DNA from: Laetmonice hystrix | Taxonomy: Eukaryota | Assembly (NCBI GenBank): GCA_965235115.1 | Contig: OZ249437.1 | Span: forward strand, 34,596,001-34,660,000 | Direction: 5' to 3' | DNA length: 64,000 nt | Shown: piece after piece, positions 1-13,100 of the stretch | Layout: every line of letters starts with the position of its first letter | Numbering within the stretch: the stretch's first letter is position 1 | Notes under the pieces: model-generated | The model's database searches: none | The model's input: only the letters and a program-made list of their open reading frames with translations | What the model was told of the DNA's origin: nothing | Program-made: the position numbers and the translations under genes

Positions 1-1100
1 GATTCATGTCAGCACTTATTCCACTTCGCCAGGGCCATGGAGACTGATCTTTAGACTCTATACGGGGCATCCCGCGCCTGGTTGATGCAGAAGTTTGCTC
101 CATGATCTCGAGGCATATAGATGATGAGTTGTCTGGGATATTCATTGGGCCCAGCTTGGAGTTCTGTCCAGAACTGTTTGCAAACTGCAGCTTCAACAAA
201 CCTTTAGTGAACAGGCTTATATAAGTCTGCTTCCGGCAGTAATTAAGGATAAAATCAAACGTGGAACTCTGATTGGCTCTGGAAATAGCCACATGACAAT
301 GTGGTCAGTTGTTCATTGGTCAAGAGCTTAGTGTGAGCCAGCAGACACGCTTGGTTGGATTGATGGCGTTCACACTTTGAAGTGACACCGGCACCATGGC
401 AGGGTCAATTCGCTCATAACCCATCTCATAACAGTGACTCAGAGCTGCTTCATGTCAGGAGTTATTGTTGAGACTGCCAGCCATGGTATTATAGCAATCC
501 CATAACTATCTGCAATTATAGGTCTATGCTAGTTAACACAAAGATCGCCTTACAGATTGCTTACAAGTCCAGAAGACTTGGGACCAACATAATAGATAGT
601 TAACCATATTTCCCTAAGTCAGGACGACGGTTGTCTTGTTAGAAGCAAAATATCCCAGGGTATCTTAATACAATAGAAATACTGCCAGTAATTATGGTGT
701 GGCCTGTCTTCAAGAGAGCTTAGTGTTGCAACACTATAAAGCAGGACGTGGCTGGGTAGATGTCCTTAGCTGGATAACAGGGTAATGGCATGGACCGTGT
801 TCGTTGCAAGACGTCTATAGATCAGCCTCGACAATTTTAACCTGCATGGATTCAACATGTTCCGTCTTCAACTTTACTGCATACTGAAGGGCCAGATTTA
901 GAAGATTGTTGGAGGCAAGGAGTAACGCAACGTAAAGGCTTTCAATGAGCTCCATATTACAATCCAAGGTATCCAACTGTATGGACAGACCGCAAGTAAG
1001 AACTTATCACGCCTATGGGATGGAAATTTCTGGGTTCGCCGTGGTGTTTGCCCGGCTTGGCGATGATTATTATTATTGCCAGGAATGCAGGAATATGATA
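1..1100 (-). mobile_element. Possible decayed non-LTR (LINE-like) retroelement fragment
   Basis: Minus frame near 990-1080 reads IIIAKPGKHHGEPRNFHPIGVISS, resembling the LINE RT motif IPKPGK...YRPISLL. The surrounding frames are full of stops. Confidence 0.35.
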
Positions 1101-1246
1101 TCTAATTTCCAGATGTTAGCTAATTGTGCAGGAGTTTAAAAAAGAGGTTTGTCATATCTGTCTGGTAGGTGTTTTAGACGTTGACCGTTTAGACGTTTTG
1201 TTTTGTTTTCAGGTCAAACTACAATGTAACAATCAATTTCACATAC

Positions 1247-2289
1247 CTCCTTCGCAAAGAATAATTATCTCGGACAAAATGATATTGTTTTCATCGGTCT
1301 CCACACCTTCACCTACAAATGTATTGAACAGGCAGGTCAACGGGGTGATAAATGATAAAGAACAAAGATTCACTTTGCAAAAGATACCACACAATGCTTT
1401 TATCAGAAAGGCCTACAAATGTTACAAGTGTTTCTTGTCCTTGGGAAAACTTACTCATGTCGACTTCCATGACCACTCCAATGTAGGACAACCCGCAGTA
1501 TTTTCGTTTCGACTGCGTTGCCCCGACGTCTGGAATCCGGATCTGACCACTCAAGTCGTGGTAGCCGGTGCGGATTGGTATTATCGGGTGCGTATACGGA
1601 ACCTGCAATAAACGGAAATTACGTGGATTACTTAAAGGGTGTATCCTTCTTCTGCAATGTCAGAATTCCAGGTTCTTTACGAAAATGACAGGTTATGTTT
1701 GTTATTTAAAAAATGCTACATGTAAATCGACGATTTCCACTATAAGATCAAAACATTTTAGTCTACCAGTTCATCTTCTTGGGGATTGATGACGTCATCG
1801 GTGGAGAGATACATTTGCATTCCATATCCACTAATGGTACCGGGTTCAGAGACGTTGGTATATATCCTGAGACTAACACTTGCACAGGAACCAGAATTCA
1901 CTGGGCTTTCCACATCCAGATAGACAGCCTCCAGGTCAACAGCGCCTATAGGATTATATGAATAAACGTTAAAATTATATCAGTGATTTTTCGACAACAG
2001 AAACCTTACAGCTCTGCTCATTTCGTTGCATCGAAAATTATGCATAAAAGTGCAATTTAGGCCCCTACTTTCGTTATATGGCACATTGCCAGATACTGTG
2101 TATAGTTTCGCTGCTCTAGAAACGAACGGCATACATGTCTATCCTGTCCATACAGCCAGTATCACTATGAGGTAGGTATAATATTACTACGAACATAAAA
2201 AGCTGACTTGATGTACCTGTAAGTCCGAACATACTGCATGCGATATATATAATAATGCACGCCCTGCAGGCATGGTGAGACCAATCCAT
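1247..2289 (-). CDS. 5' part of a paralogous CARDB-like-repeat secreted protein gene, divergently transcribed; probably continues leftwards
   Basis: Exons (minus) 2289-2217 (MDWSHHACRACIIIYIACSMFGLT, signal peptide), 1945-1767 (AVDLEAVYLDVESPVNSG...MQMYLSTDDVINPQEDEL), 1602-1455 (VPYTHP...YCGLSYIGVVMEVDM), 1312-1247 (SEGVETDENNIILSEIIILCEG). Canonical GT/AG sites, junction phases 1, 0, 1 and 1. Confidence 0.85.
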
Positions 2290-3539
2290 CTGAATCCAAA
2301 CATGACACGTTGTTTAATTATTTAATTTGAGCCCAACGTTTTATACCCTTTTAATTATCAGAACAAGACTAATCATGTAACGGGGCCAGAGAAGGCTGTT
2401 GTGGGTTTAAGTTACCCTCTACAAAGTCTAACTACCCATAAACATTATGAAATCTTCACTTACCTTCCGCATTATCCCGGAAGACTGTCAAGAAAACGTC
2501 AACATAAGTTGCAATGCCTCACGAAGTAATCAAATATAACGATAAGTGTATAGTTATTATTCCAGTAAAACCTCTTTACGTATACTTGTAACATGAGAGT
2601 GCTGAATCAGCTGTAGCGAGTTACAAGTGGACATACAGCATTCAACAAGTCGGAATGAGGCAGGCAGCGCCACGCTCTGCTGCGCATGCCTATTGACTTC
2701 TTAATGTGTGTCCACTGACTGAATTATAATAATTGATGCCTTAGCTTGGGCTGTCAATTTTTGATGACACTGACGGGCACATACTACAGGCCTACACCAG
2801 GCTTCTGTGGTACACAAGTACCACGTAATTTATTTTTTGGTGAACATTGCATATGTTTCCAGGCTAAGATATTGTATTTTGTTGACATGATTTAAGCCAC
2901 CAGTCTCCTTTATACCTGTTTTCAGTAGATTAGTCTAATATAACAAAGAAGGATATAAAATCTATTAGGGTCTTCTTTCCTCCGAACAAAGTGAAGACTG
3001 TTTCAGATTAAATTTAGTTACTACTAATAGTAAGTTATTGTTAAGTATGGACTTCATATTGTTTACACTGACATACGTAATGTCAACAGGCACTTGTCAA
3101 CTATCTTTCCAGTGTTCTCCGAAGGCATACATACTTCAGGATGTTTTGCGAGTATGCGTTTGTAAAATATTCAAGGGGTGTGGATATGGCGTTGGCCGGT
3201 CCTGACAATGACTACCCTGTCAAGTGAAGCCTGACATGACAGGGCTGAGCACTGAACAACATATACCTCATGCAGGGACCACCGCTGTTTTCTTCTTTTC
3301 TTCTTTTTTTGAGTGTTGAGTAAGAATAGTAGGCCTACTTTTGTTCAGGCCTAGTCGTATAAACCCCCTTAAATTTTAACAAGGAGATCCTGAAAGTTGT
3401 GTGATAAATTAAGCATAGCTAATTCGATCTCCCATCTCTCTTCCACTAATGATGAGCCTGTCATGTATATTCTTTAAGCTTGAGGAGTTTAACTGTATAC
3501 CCATAGGTACAGTTTGACAGAGTAACTTAATAATGCACC

Positions 3540-3790
3540 ACTTCCAGATCGGCCCCAGCTCTTCACCTGCATCGTCTATTGAGTATGTCCAGTGAAGCAG
3601 GACGCAGCGATGTGCGTCACGGTTGGCCGTCTTCGTTTCCTGACGACGCGACAGAACGCGGAGCTGACAACCGATGACGTTTTGATATGACCAACACCTC
3701 GTGTCCAAGGATGACTTGAGAGAGGAGCGTACGCTCAACGTCCCGGTTTAACGGAACGTCGCAATATCGGGTAGGTGCAACCAACGACAA
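3540..3790. promoter_or_regulatory. Candidate bidirectional promoter / non-coding first exons of both genes
   Basis: GC/CpG-richer island between the two ATGs. It has a minus-strand donor (GCAG|gtgaag, exon end 3567) and a plus-strand donor (TCGG|gtaggt, exon end 3770). Both ATG exons begin at or within 5 nt of an acceptor AG, implying upstream UTR exons. Confidence 0.4.
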
Positions 3791-4014
3791 TGAATGTGGA
3801 ATGCGTTTGATGTTTGTATCTGGTAAAACAACGGCAAGACAACCATTGGCAATACTTTGGTTAAAACAGTAGTCTCTACAGTTCACTTAGCCGAATGTTA
3901 TGGAGTATTAATTATGTAAATTTATCTAGAACCATCTTTACTTTTTTTTCTCAGTCGTCGCCTCGGCCATGCGCCTCTCTCTAGCGCCTGAAAAGTAAAC
4001 CTTGTTCCAGAAAT

Positions 4015-4111
4015 ATGGCGGCAATAGGCCTATATCCTGTTGCCAGACCTTCATATGTTTATGTCGCGGTGCTGATCGCCACAATATTGGTCCTATGTGA
4101 CGCCATACCAG
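4015..4111 (+). CDS. First coding exon: signal peptide [32 protein letters not shown]
   Basis: ATG 4015 just after the acceptor cttgttccag (4010); hydrophobic core [14 protein letters not shown]; phase-1 donor G|gtgggt fits the phase-1 exon at 4496. Confidence 0.8.
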
Positions 4112-7100
4112 GTGGGTACTAGATTCACTTTTGTCCTATTAAAGCACCTTTTACTCAACTATGACGATTTTAATGCTGAGGCAAGGCAATGTCAGCGCAG
4201 GGGTGATATCGTTGTCACAAGGCAACGGACAGCAGGAGCTACTCATCCCACACGACATTGTTTGACCATAGACCATTTTCAATATAGATCTAGATTTAAG
4301 AGAACCTATGTCTTTCAACCTGTTAATATACGTCCAATTAGTAAAAGTAGGCAAAGCATTTATAATTGACGTAGGCCTATAGTTAGTGTGGCATTCACAG
4401 CAATCGTGGATAAGGCTAGAATCACATTACATTTGAAAAATTGACCTATATCATTCAAATTTAGAACCTGACACCTTAAATTTATTCGTTTTCAGATATC
4501 ACGATCACTGATTTCCGGAAAGATCTATCGTCTATACAGATCTTTCCAGAGAGAGTGGCCCGTATGCATTTTACTTTAAACTTTCAAAACACTGGTGACG
4601 ACATACCGCCAGCTTCCGGTAACAATGACAACTATGACGTCAGAGTGGCTCTGACGGACACAAACATATGTTCCGCTACCGCTATGGCCGCTACGGTCGA
4701 GGAATATTTCCCAACTTATTTCCCACAGGTCGACGAAGCTAGAAAGCTGGAGTCAGGTATAGGTTACACATATTAAGGCTGATATTATTGTCTCTATACT
4801 TAGATATCGAAGGAGAAGGCTCTTTGATAATCATCCTTTTGAAAACAAGAAACTAATTTTGAATCATTACATTCATTTTGGGATACTAATTAACACAAGA
4901 AGCGTCTCATATGTCATCTTGCTCTTTGTGAACGGTAATACAGCTTTAATGAAGAGGCCTCGGGTTAATTGTCGACATGATAGGATCTTTGATTTTGATA
5001 TATTTTTGTTGGTATCCTAGGTTTTGCTGGAGGCAGCACACTTACCATCGTGGGGAAGAGCCAGTTTCGCCTTCCCGCTGACAGATGTACAGTTGGGTTG
5101 AAGCTCAACTTATGTTTACAAGTGATTGAGGCACCTGGCGCCTCCTACAATCTTAGTGGATCTTTGTCAAATTGCCTGTGCCATGTAGGCCCACCCATAG
5201 ATTGCTCTGGTCGTAAGTTACTTTGCACATTTTGTTTTGAATGCAGTTTCTTGACTTGACTCCTGATGGACTCGCTTTCTTTTCGTTAGCTTTACTTGTG
5301 CGATTCTTTCCCCCTTTTCAAAAATCCTGGCTCTGCCCCTATGCAAACATTATTAATTCCCCATTTGACATTTGACACATCATCATTATAATGCCACAGT
5401 GGTGCATCCATCGGGAGCGTTGCAACCCCCCCCCCCCCCGCAACTAGTTTTTCTTTTTCCCCCTTTCAACGTCCTGCATTGACCCTGCTTAACCTCTTCA
5501 CCCCCACTCCTGTGCCTACCATTTTCAGAGAGCAGAGATCTCAGCATCACCGAGTTCAACACTCGGGGAGGTGTGTGGCGTACTGACCGGCCGAACGCTG
5601 TCCGACTGACCGTTCGGGTCCGACTCGATGGTGGCGCCCTCTTCCAACCCAGGCTTGTCGCCACCGATGACTTCTCCGTCAAACTGTGGTTGTCACTCGA
5701 TGAGATCTACAACCCAGAGGATACGCACGTATGTTTATATTGCATATACCGGAGCGCGATTTTCCTCAAATGTATGGTAGTCACAATTCAATGTTAACAT
5801 TGGCCCGACACGAGTTACTGTTTCAGGTTTGTTCTTTCAATGAGTGGAACCATGTCGACTTTAATACCACGAATAGCATTGATCTCAGCGTCATAGATCT
5901 GGAATTACAACTCCGAGATTATCGATATTGCGGACCTGCCTATCTTATTGCGCAAGTTCTTCCTGCTAATGGTGGGTGAAAGTATGAGAACTAAGCCATT
6001 GAACACAGCCAAGTTCATCATTGATTAACTTGCCAATGCGTATAATTCCTTAGTGTATAGCTAAATAGAGCTAGATTTGATCAAACACGTTTAACGTTAT
6101 TTCCGTTGCTTGAATTCCTCCTGATAACATCAGGTAGACCTACTTTATCTGTAGCCTATGTCAGTACAAGATGTGGGTGTCTGAAGATGTTTTTCGTTGA
6201 AATCAATATTGCCATATAGTTACCCTTAAATTTCTTATATAGCTTGAAAATTTAACGAACGGACAATATAGCAACAAGCCCCATTGTTCACTGAACGTTA
6301 AGGGGAGAACTAAGCATATTTTCGTTTTACTGACATGCTTTTCCTACAGAGTCTGAGTTTAACGAGTACGACAAGTGGAATAACATGGCTGTTACTTCGG
6401 TAAAGGTCTTCTGTCGCCATTCAGGTATTTGAAAGCATTATCAGTTTAACATTCGCCGGTTGTTTGAGCGGAACAGAAGTTTTCGAAAGATACGTATTAT
6501 CATTATGCAATGCAAGATTAGCAGGGGATGTTAGAATGTCAACAATAACCTCCACAAAAGCTGAACATCATTTGGCCGGTGAAACTCTCCGTCTCTGTTT
6601 TCAGAATCAGTAGTGCCTCAGGTTGATTGGGTGTTGACCGACGCTTCGTTAGCGGTGAACTGTGGCGAGGAGCTCTACAGCGGCGTCAAGTACACATTGA
6701 CATTGAAGGCCAAGGTTCTTAGACTGGCCGATACCTGCAAGCCGTGTGGACGTGCCTACTTTACCATTGACATCGACTCTACTCACGTTGCAGTGCAAGA
6801 TTTAACAGGTGCTGTCTTATTAGGCCAGACTTAACGGATTGTTCGTTTCGCGGCTGCATCAAATTTTCTTGGAACAAAATAAGACTCCTAACCACAAGTG
6901 CCAGCTAATCCAACCAAAGGTTTAGATTCTAATCCCAGCCAACCAAAATACCTTCCATTGAATGACAGTTGTTTCTCTGTGTATTACCAAAGTGCACAGT
7001 GTGTCGTGGTCGGATGTCGCCAAGTCTCCCTTGGCCCCTGTCTGTGGTGGAGGAGTGATGGACATCCAAGTGGACATTACAGTGTCAATAACGGTTAACA

Positions 7101-10100
7101 CCGTAACCATGGCCGACCTTAACGTTGCCATTAGCAACCTTGACGCCGCCAGCGGGGAAATGGAGGAAATTCTCAGTAACAACAACGCCCTTTTCCCTGT
7201 GACGCTATCACCGCAAACCTCAGGCAAGTATCCAGCCACTTTCAGAAAGAACTGAGATGAGGGTTCGATGTGTAATAGATTGGGATAGTCTCTGTTAGGT
7301 TGTTTAAGTCTCTGTACAGCGTAACCAGGATTGATGTAAGAGAGATGTCCAAACAGTGCATATTTATGTAAGTGATGCAACATATTGATGTATTGATGCA
7401 GCACATTTATCTAAGTAATGCAGCATATTTATGTAAGTGATGCAACCAATCATCAGATTGTAGATCACACTCCCATGCTATCATGTTATTGCCAGGGCAG
7501 GAGGAGGATTCCGGTCAACAATTAAAAAAACTGTCTACACCCCTGGTAAAATGTTACTACATGTAGCTGAAAATGCCTCTATGAAAATCCCCCGTACATT
7601 CTGTTACAGTTGTAGATGTAGCGGTTGTCTCACTCACTGTCAATGACACCCAAGGGTACCCAGCCTATGTTATAGCAGATGGGTTGACCCTGGTATCTTT
7701 AGACATCTCTGCTGTGTTTGAACTGGACACTCAGACATATGCTGACCTCACGGTAGGGCTTTATTTATCCCACGACAGCGTATACAACCAGAATGATGAT
7801 ACCGACACAGGTAAGGAATCTTTGTGATTGGGTAAAGATATCGAGTTTGATAGGGCCCACATGTATGTAGACAGACCAAAAACTACCGTTCCATTGCCGA
7901 CGAGAAAACATATTGGACGAGCTTGCGGAGCGAAATTGGATCAAGACGTTTTTAAGAAAGTTTAAAGGAGAAATGTAGAGAGCCATATGGGATTAGGCAT
8001 AGGCCTACTGCATATTTGACATAATTATAATGCAAGAAGCGTTTTGCTATTTTTTTTTGCTCGATCTCAGTCAATGATTTGTACCATGGTAACTATAATT
8101 GCGGTAAAAACCTCTTTTAAAATTTCATACGGGACTTTCGCATGTTGACTGATGTCTGAAGGACCGAAACTTTACGATTTAACACATTTTGATTCAATGT
8201 CCCGTTTTCAGGTTTACCTGTAACTTTGAGTTCATTTGGTGACGTATCGGTGACGGTACAAGCTGTCAATCGACCGCTAGATGTCACTCTATGTGGACGA
8301 GTCTACCTGATCCTCGTCATAACGCCAAGTCAGCCAGACTACCGGCCCTGTAACAACTGGATGGCTGAACCGGTCGTCGTCCCCTGTCACCCCTCAGGTT
8401 GGCGACAAATACGGAATCAATTTGCACGAGTTTTCGTTCGTTAAAATTTCTACTGAAAATAGATGGGACGCTTAACGAACGGAAAGTCATGCAATCAGTT
8501 TCATTGTAACCTTGAGTATAACCTTGTCGTGTGTCCTTGATATCCTCACCCCCTCTGACACGCATCCTTGTATCTCTAGGAAATGAGGGAGGGCACCATG
8601 GCCTATCTCACTGTTAAAGAAGAGCGTTTCCCCATAGATTCAGCGATAATCGTCCCAAAGCCAAAGAAACAAGAACAAAAACTTACCTAACTTTCTTAAC
8701 TTAAGACCTTCTGGAGATGCGTCGGTTCGTTGTGTTACGACCTGCACCGCTGCTGTTTTACGCCAACATGACGTATGACGTTACGTTGGAGACTGACGTG
8801 TCCTGTGTCGAGAGAAATTGTTCCGACCTGAGCTGTTTCGAGATATCCTTTGTGTTCGACCTGGACCGCTACTATAACGGAAATGAAATATTGATAGAGA
8901 GCAAGTCTTTCCAGACATCAATCGACGATATAAGGTAAGCCCTGCCTGATTTTGCAACATTTTGAAATATTATGCCTCAGTCATACATATTTCTAGCTTC
9001 TTACCCATTTGATGTTAGCACATTGCATATTTTCGGGTTCCCTACCTGTCGATACGTAGATTAGTGTCTATATGTTTTCTCCATATAGGGAATCCCTAAT
9101 GACGTTTAATATAACCGTATACAACTTAACCCTGGGAGAATGCAATCCCAGACATCGCTACCTTGGGTTGGTAGTTACCGACTGCTATTCTCTGTGGAAT
9201 GAATCTTACATGGTCAACAATTACAAAACGTTGTTTTTGTCTTGGGAGTGTTCAACCGGTTAGTCCCAACTTTATTATATTATTTTAAAGACACCCTTGA
9301 CGTTTGTCCATAATCCCAGTATCGGTTAATTATCTCAATTTCTTGCTTACTAGGTCTACCTGTTTCAGAAAGCGATATGTTGATGAATGTTCCGGGAATG
9401 GCGCCTGTCAGTGACCCCATGGCCCCAGTGGTCCTGAACTCACCGGATGGGGTCAGTCTGACGTTGGACGGCCTCCCGTTGTGCAAGTCTGATACCCCAC
9501 ACTTTGATGTTGGTGTCTATCTAACCGACGACTCAAACTGTCAACCCCCTTACGGCCATTGGCTTCAGTCTCGGCGCCTTCCCTTTGAGTGCGACCAACT
9601 GCAACTCGCAGGTCGGTGAAATACTAGTCTATGATGGTGCACGAATATGGTTGAGTCTATACCACCAAACATTAGGAAAGGGTAACTTATTGCGGAATGT
9701 AAACAAATTCAAAGCTTAAAGCATTGATTACGTTTGTAAACATTCACCATACAACGAGGGATGACTCCTTTTTTCAAGTTTAGAATCACAATCGCACCAA
9801 ATACTACGATGGTAGTACGATTGTGTTGTTTATAGTTTGTTGACTTAGTAGATGAACATAATAGTAGCTTATACTAACCTGTTTTTTAAACATTATTAAT
9901 TTATAAAATATTCCATGATATCTCTCAGTTGAAGTGACAGCCGCAGACTACGGCAGGTACCCGGGACAGTCGGTTATGTTTGGAGTGGTGTTTGACCCTT
10001 GGGGAAGGTTAAAGGACCCGGATTGGGAGGATAATTGTGCCATCTGGACCGCGCCCTTCCTATCCCCCGCCCAGGCTTGCCCCTGTACACCCCAGTGTAA

Positions 10101-13100
10101 GTCAAAGAACTCTCCCTCCATTCGGTTTTCTGTCTTCTACTTTGTTTGATTACCATGTACAGGCATACAATGTTAAATGTGCGCTGTGATTGTGTTCTGA
10201 CGGTTTTAGTGATGTCGGAGTTCGTTGATAGGCCAGTTCTCAGCAAGACGATTTACATAAACTCGGACTATTCATTTGATGTGAAGGTAGATAAAATCAT
10301 TGTTCTAAGGTGTGCCACATGCCATCTAGCCTGATGCTTTGATAGGTAGTTGGGGGTTGGGGTCAGGACTTGAGCGTTCTGAACACTAGCAGACTAAAGT
10401 TTTAATAACTATTTTGTGGGGGAATATTAGGTGCAAGGCATGATAGAAATAAAAGACCTCTCCTCAAAGCCAGATGAAATCAATTAATTGCTGTTAAAAG
10501 TCAAAAGCACCGATTAGAGGGGATGCGTCCCCCTTGAATTTCCATGTTAACTTATTATGCCTCAGTCAACAGATCATTTTTTATGCCATGTTACATAATT
10601 TGTTTCTTTTAATGTTATAAAGTAAGGTGTGAGGGGGTCTTTAAAATAACCCCAATGACATCACTTATGGACTGCCACAAATCGTGATTGATAATGCTGA
10701 CACATCAACCTATATAATACCTCCTCCTGCCGCCAGGTGAAGGTGACGAACTTGGACTGCCATGAGACAGCGGCTTGCACGCCCTCTGGTGCCGTGTTTG
10801 ATCTCAACGTGACGTTGTCTGCCGATAACAGCACGCTGGGTGGGAGTGACCTGGAGGTGGAGGCCGGCCCGGCGGGCGGTGGCGGGTTCGGGCCGCTGGC
10901 GCCGGGGGCGTCCGTTTTGATCCCGCTGACAGGTCTGTCTGGCATTACAACGTCTAGGAGAGAGTCAGACAACAGACAAAGTCATTATTCGACTGAATGA
11001 TAGGTCTAGCCCTACGAAAGGACATTAGGACGTGTAGACTCTATAAATACAGATCTATCAGGGCCTACTTCATAACAGCCGAGTTTGCTTGATTGGAACG
11101 GTTTCAGAAAAATTGTTCCGAAATACAGTTACAAGTGGCAAAATCTTAACTTCTACTGGGAAGTTGTTCTTAGTTATTCACGGAAGGTAATTTTCCGTTC
11201 ATGCATGGGAAATTCTATTAAATGGTTAGGCCCTAAAGTTAATTTTGGTCGGGGGGGGGAGCTGATCTCCGAAATAGGTTTTATAATGACATTAAATATT
11301 ATCCAATATGAAATGGCCTAGGCCCGCTTTATTAATTTCTTATTTCGTTTTCAGTGCGTCTGAGAGACATGACTCCGGCGGAGTGTGAATTATTGGTTGA
11401 GGGTGATCCAGTCCTGATTGTAGACGTGGTTTCTATATGTCCTTCCCTCAACTTTACATCCTATGGACCCAATGTGGCGCGCGCTGATCTTAAATGTGGA
11501 ACATTCTGTAAATATTTACAGTCATAAATTGACAAATGTTTCAGCTTTATTCATGACCATCTCCAAATGTAAAGATTGTCATTACCCGGGAAAAGCCGGT
11601 TTCTGCAAATTGTTAATTAATGAAGAAAGAGAGATTTGCTACTTTTTTTTTGGCTCTGAAAGGGGAAAAGAACAGGTTAGGTTGATTTGAGATGAGAAGG
11701 ATATATCTTAAAGAGTGAAGTTAATATGCCTCCAACGACTGTGCATAATGTTTTTCATCATCTTAAACTGATTACGTGCCGAAATCTATATATAAATCTG
11801 GTTCAATATGACACAACAATCGGTTTTAATCGATAACAACCAGAATTTGAAACTCTGACAGTTATTTGTGATTTATAATGTAACATATTTTGGTTACAGT
11901 GAAACCTATAGTAACCAGCTTCAGCAGTCCTGAACCAGTTCTATTCCGGGGATTCACTTATGAAGACCTACAGCTTGTCTTCGATGTGATCAATGAGGTA
12001 TAGATCTATACTTGTATGTATGTGTTGTGGTATACATGTATAGACCAAACTGGACACTGTGCAGCAGGAATAGAAACTCCAGTTTTCTTTATCTAAACTT
12101 CAAATAATTAATGTAAGACTCAATGGATATAAATACATACAGTAATACGTCCTGTTCAGATTACTTTACAATGTGTTTATTATGATGTACTGTTTTACAT
12201 TAATTACGGGATTACTTTACAATGTGTTTATTATGATGTACTGTTTTACATAAATTACGGATTACTTTACAATGTGTTTATTATGATGTACTGTTTTACA
12301 ATAATTACGGGATTACTTTACAATGTGTTTATTATGATGTACTGTTTTACATTAATTACGGGATTACTTTACAATGTGTTTATTGTGATGTACTGTTTTA
12401 CAATAATTACGGGATTACTTTACAATGTGTTTATTATGATGTACTGTTTTACAATAATTACGGGATTACTTTACAATGTGTTTATTATGATGTACTGTTT
12501 TACAATAATTACGGGATTACTTTACAATGTGTTTATTATGATGTACTGTTTTACATTAATTACGGGATTACTTTACAATGTGTTTATTGTGATGTACTGT
12601 TTTACATTAATTACGGGATTATTTTACAATGTGTTTACTATGATGTAGCGGGCCTACTATTTTACAATAATTACGGATTACTTTACAATATGGATATTAT
12701 GATGCACTGTTTTACAATAATTCTTATGTGCAGTCGCCTACTGATGTCGTCCAGTCCCGTGTTGGTGAGCCCAACTTCGCGTTCTCGATCGAATTCGTCG
12801 ATGGCACGGGAGGGCGCGTGCAGTGGACTATTGTAGACTGGGACACAACTCTGGCGTGGCAAGCTATACCTTTCTTCGGGCGTGTAACTATCACCGTTAA
12901 AGGTACGCTCTCCCTGCAATAAATTAATACTAAAATATTATCTTTCAGGATGCCCGCAATCCTCGAGAAGTATTTGGATTCAATTGTCATAGGCACCGGA
13001 TCCGGGGGAGGCGTAAGCCCCCAATTCATAAGCTGGGTAGGCTTGCCTCCCCCCAGCTTGGACATTGGATTTGCCCCCCCCCCCTCCCCGGGAGGTCTCG

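Noticed and set aside
12274-12648. 124-aa hydrophobic repeat ORF ([17 protein letters not shown])n
   Set aside because: Translation of the 51-bp intronic minisatellite.
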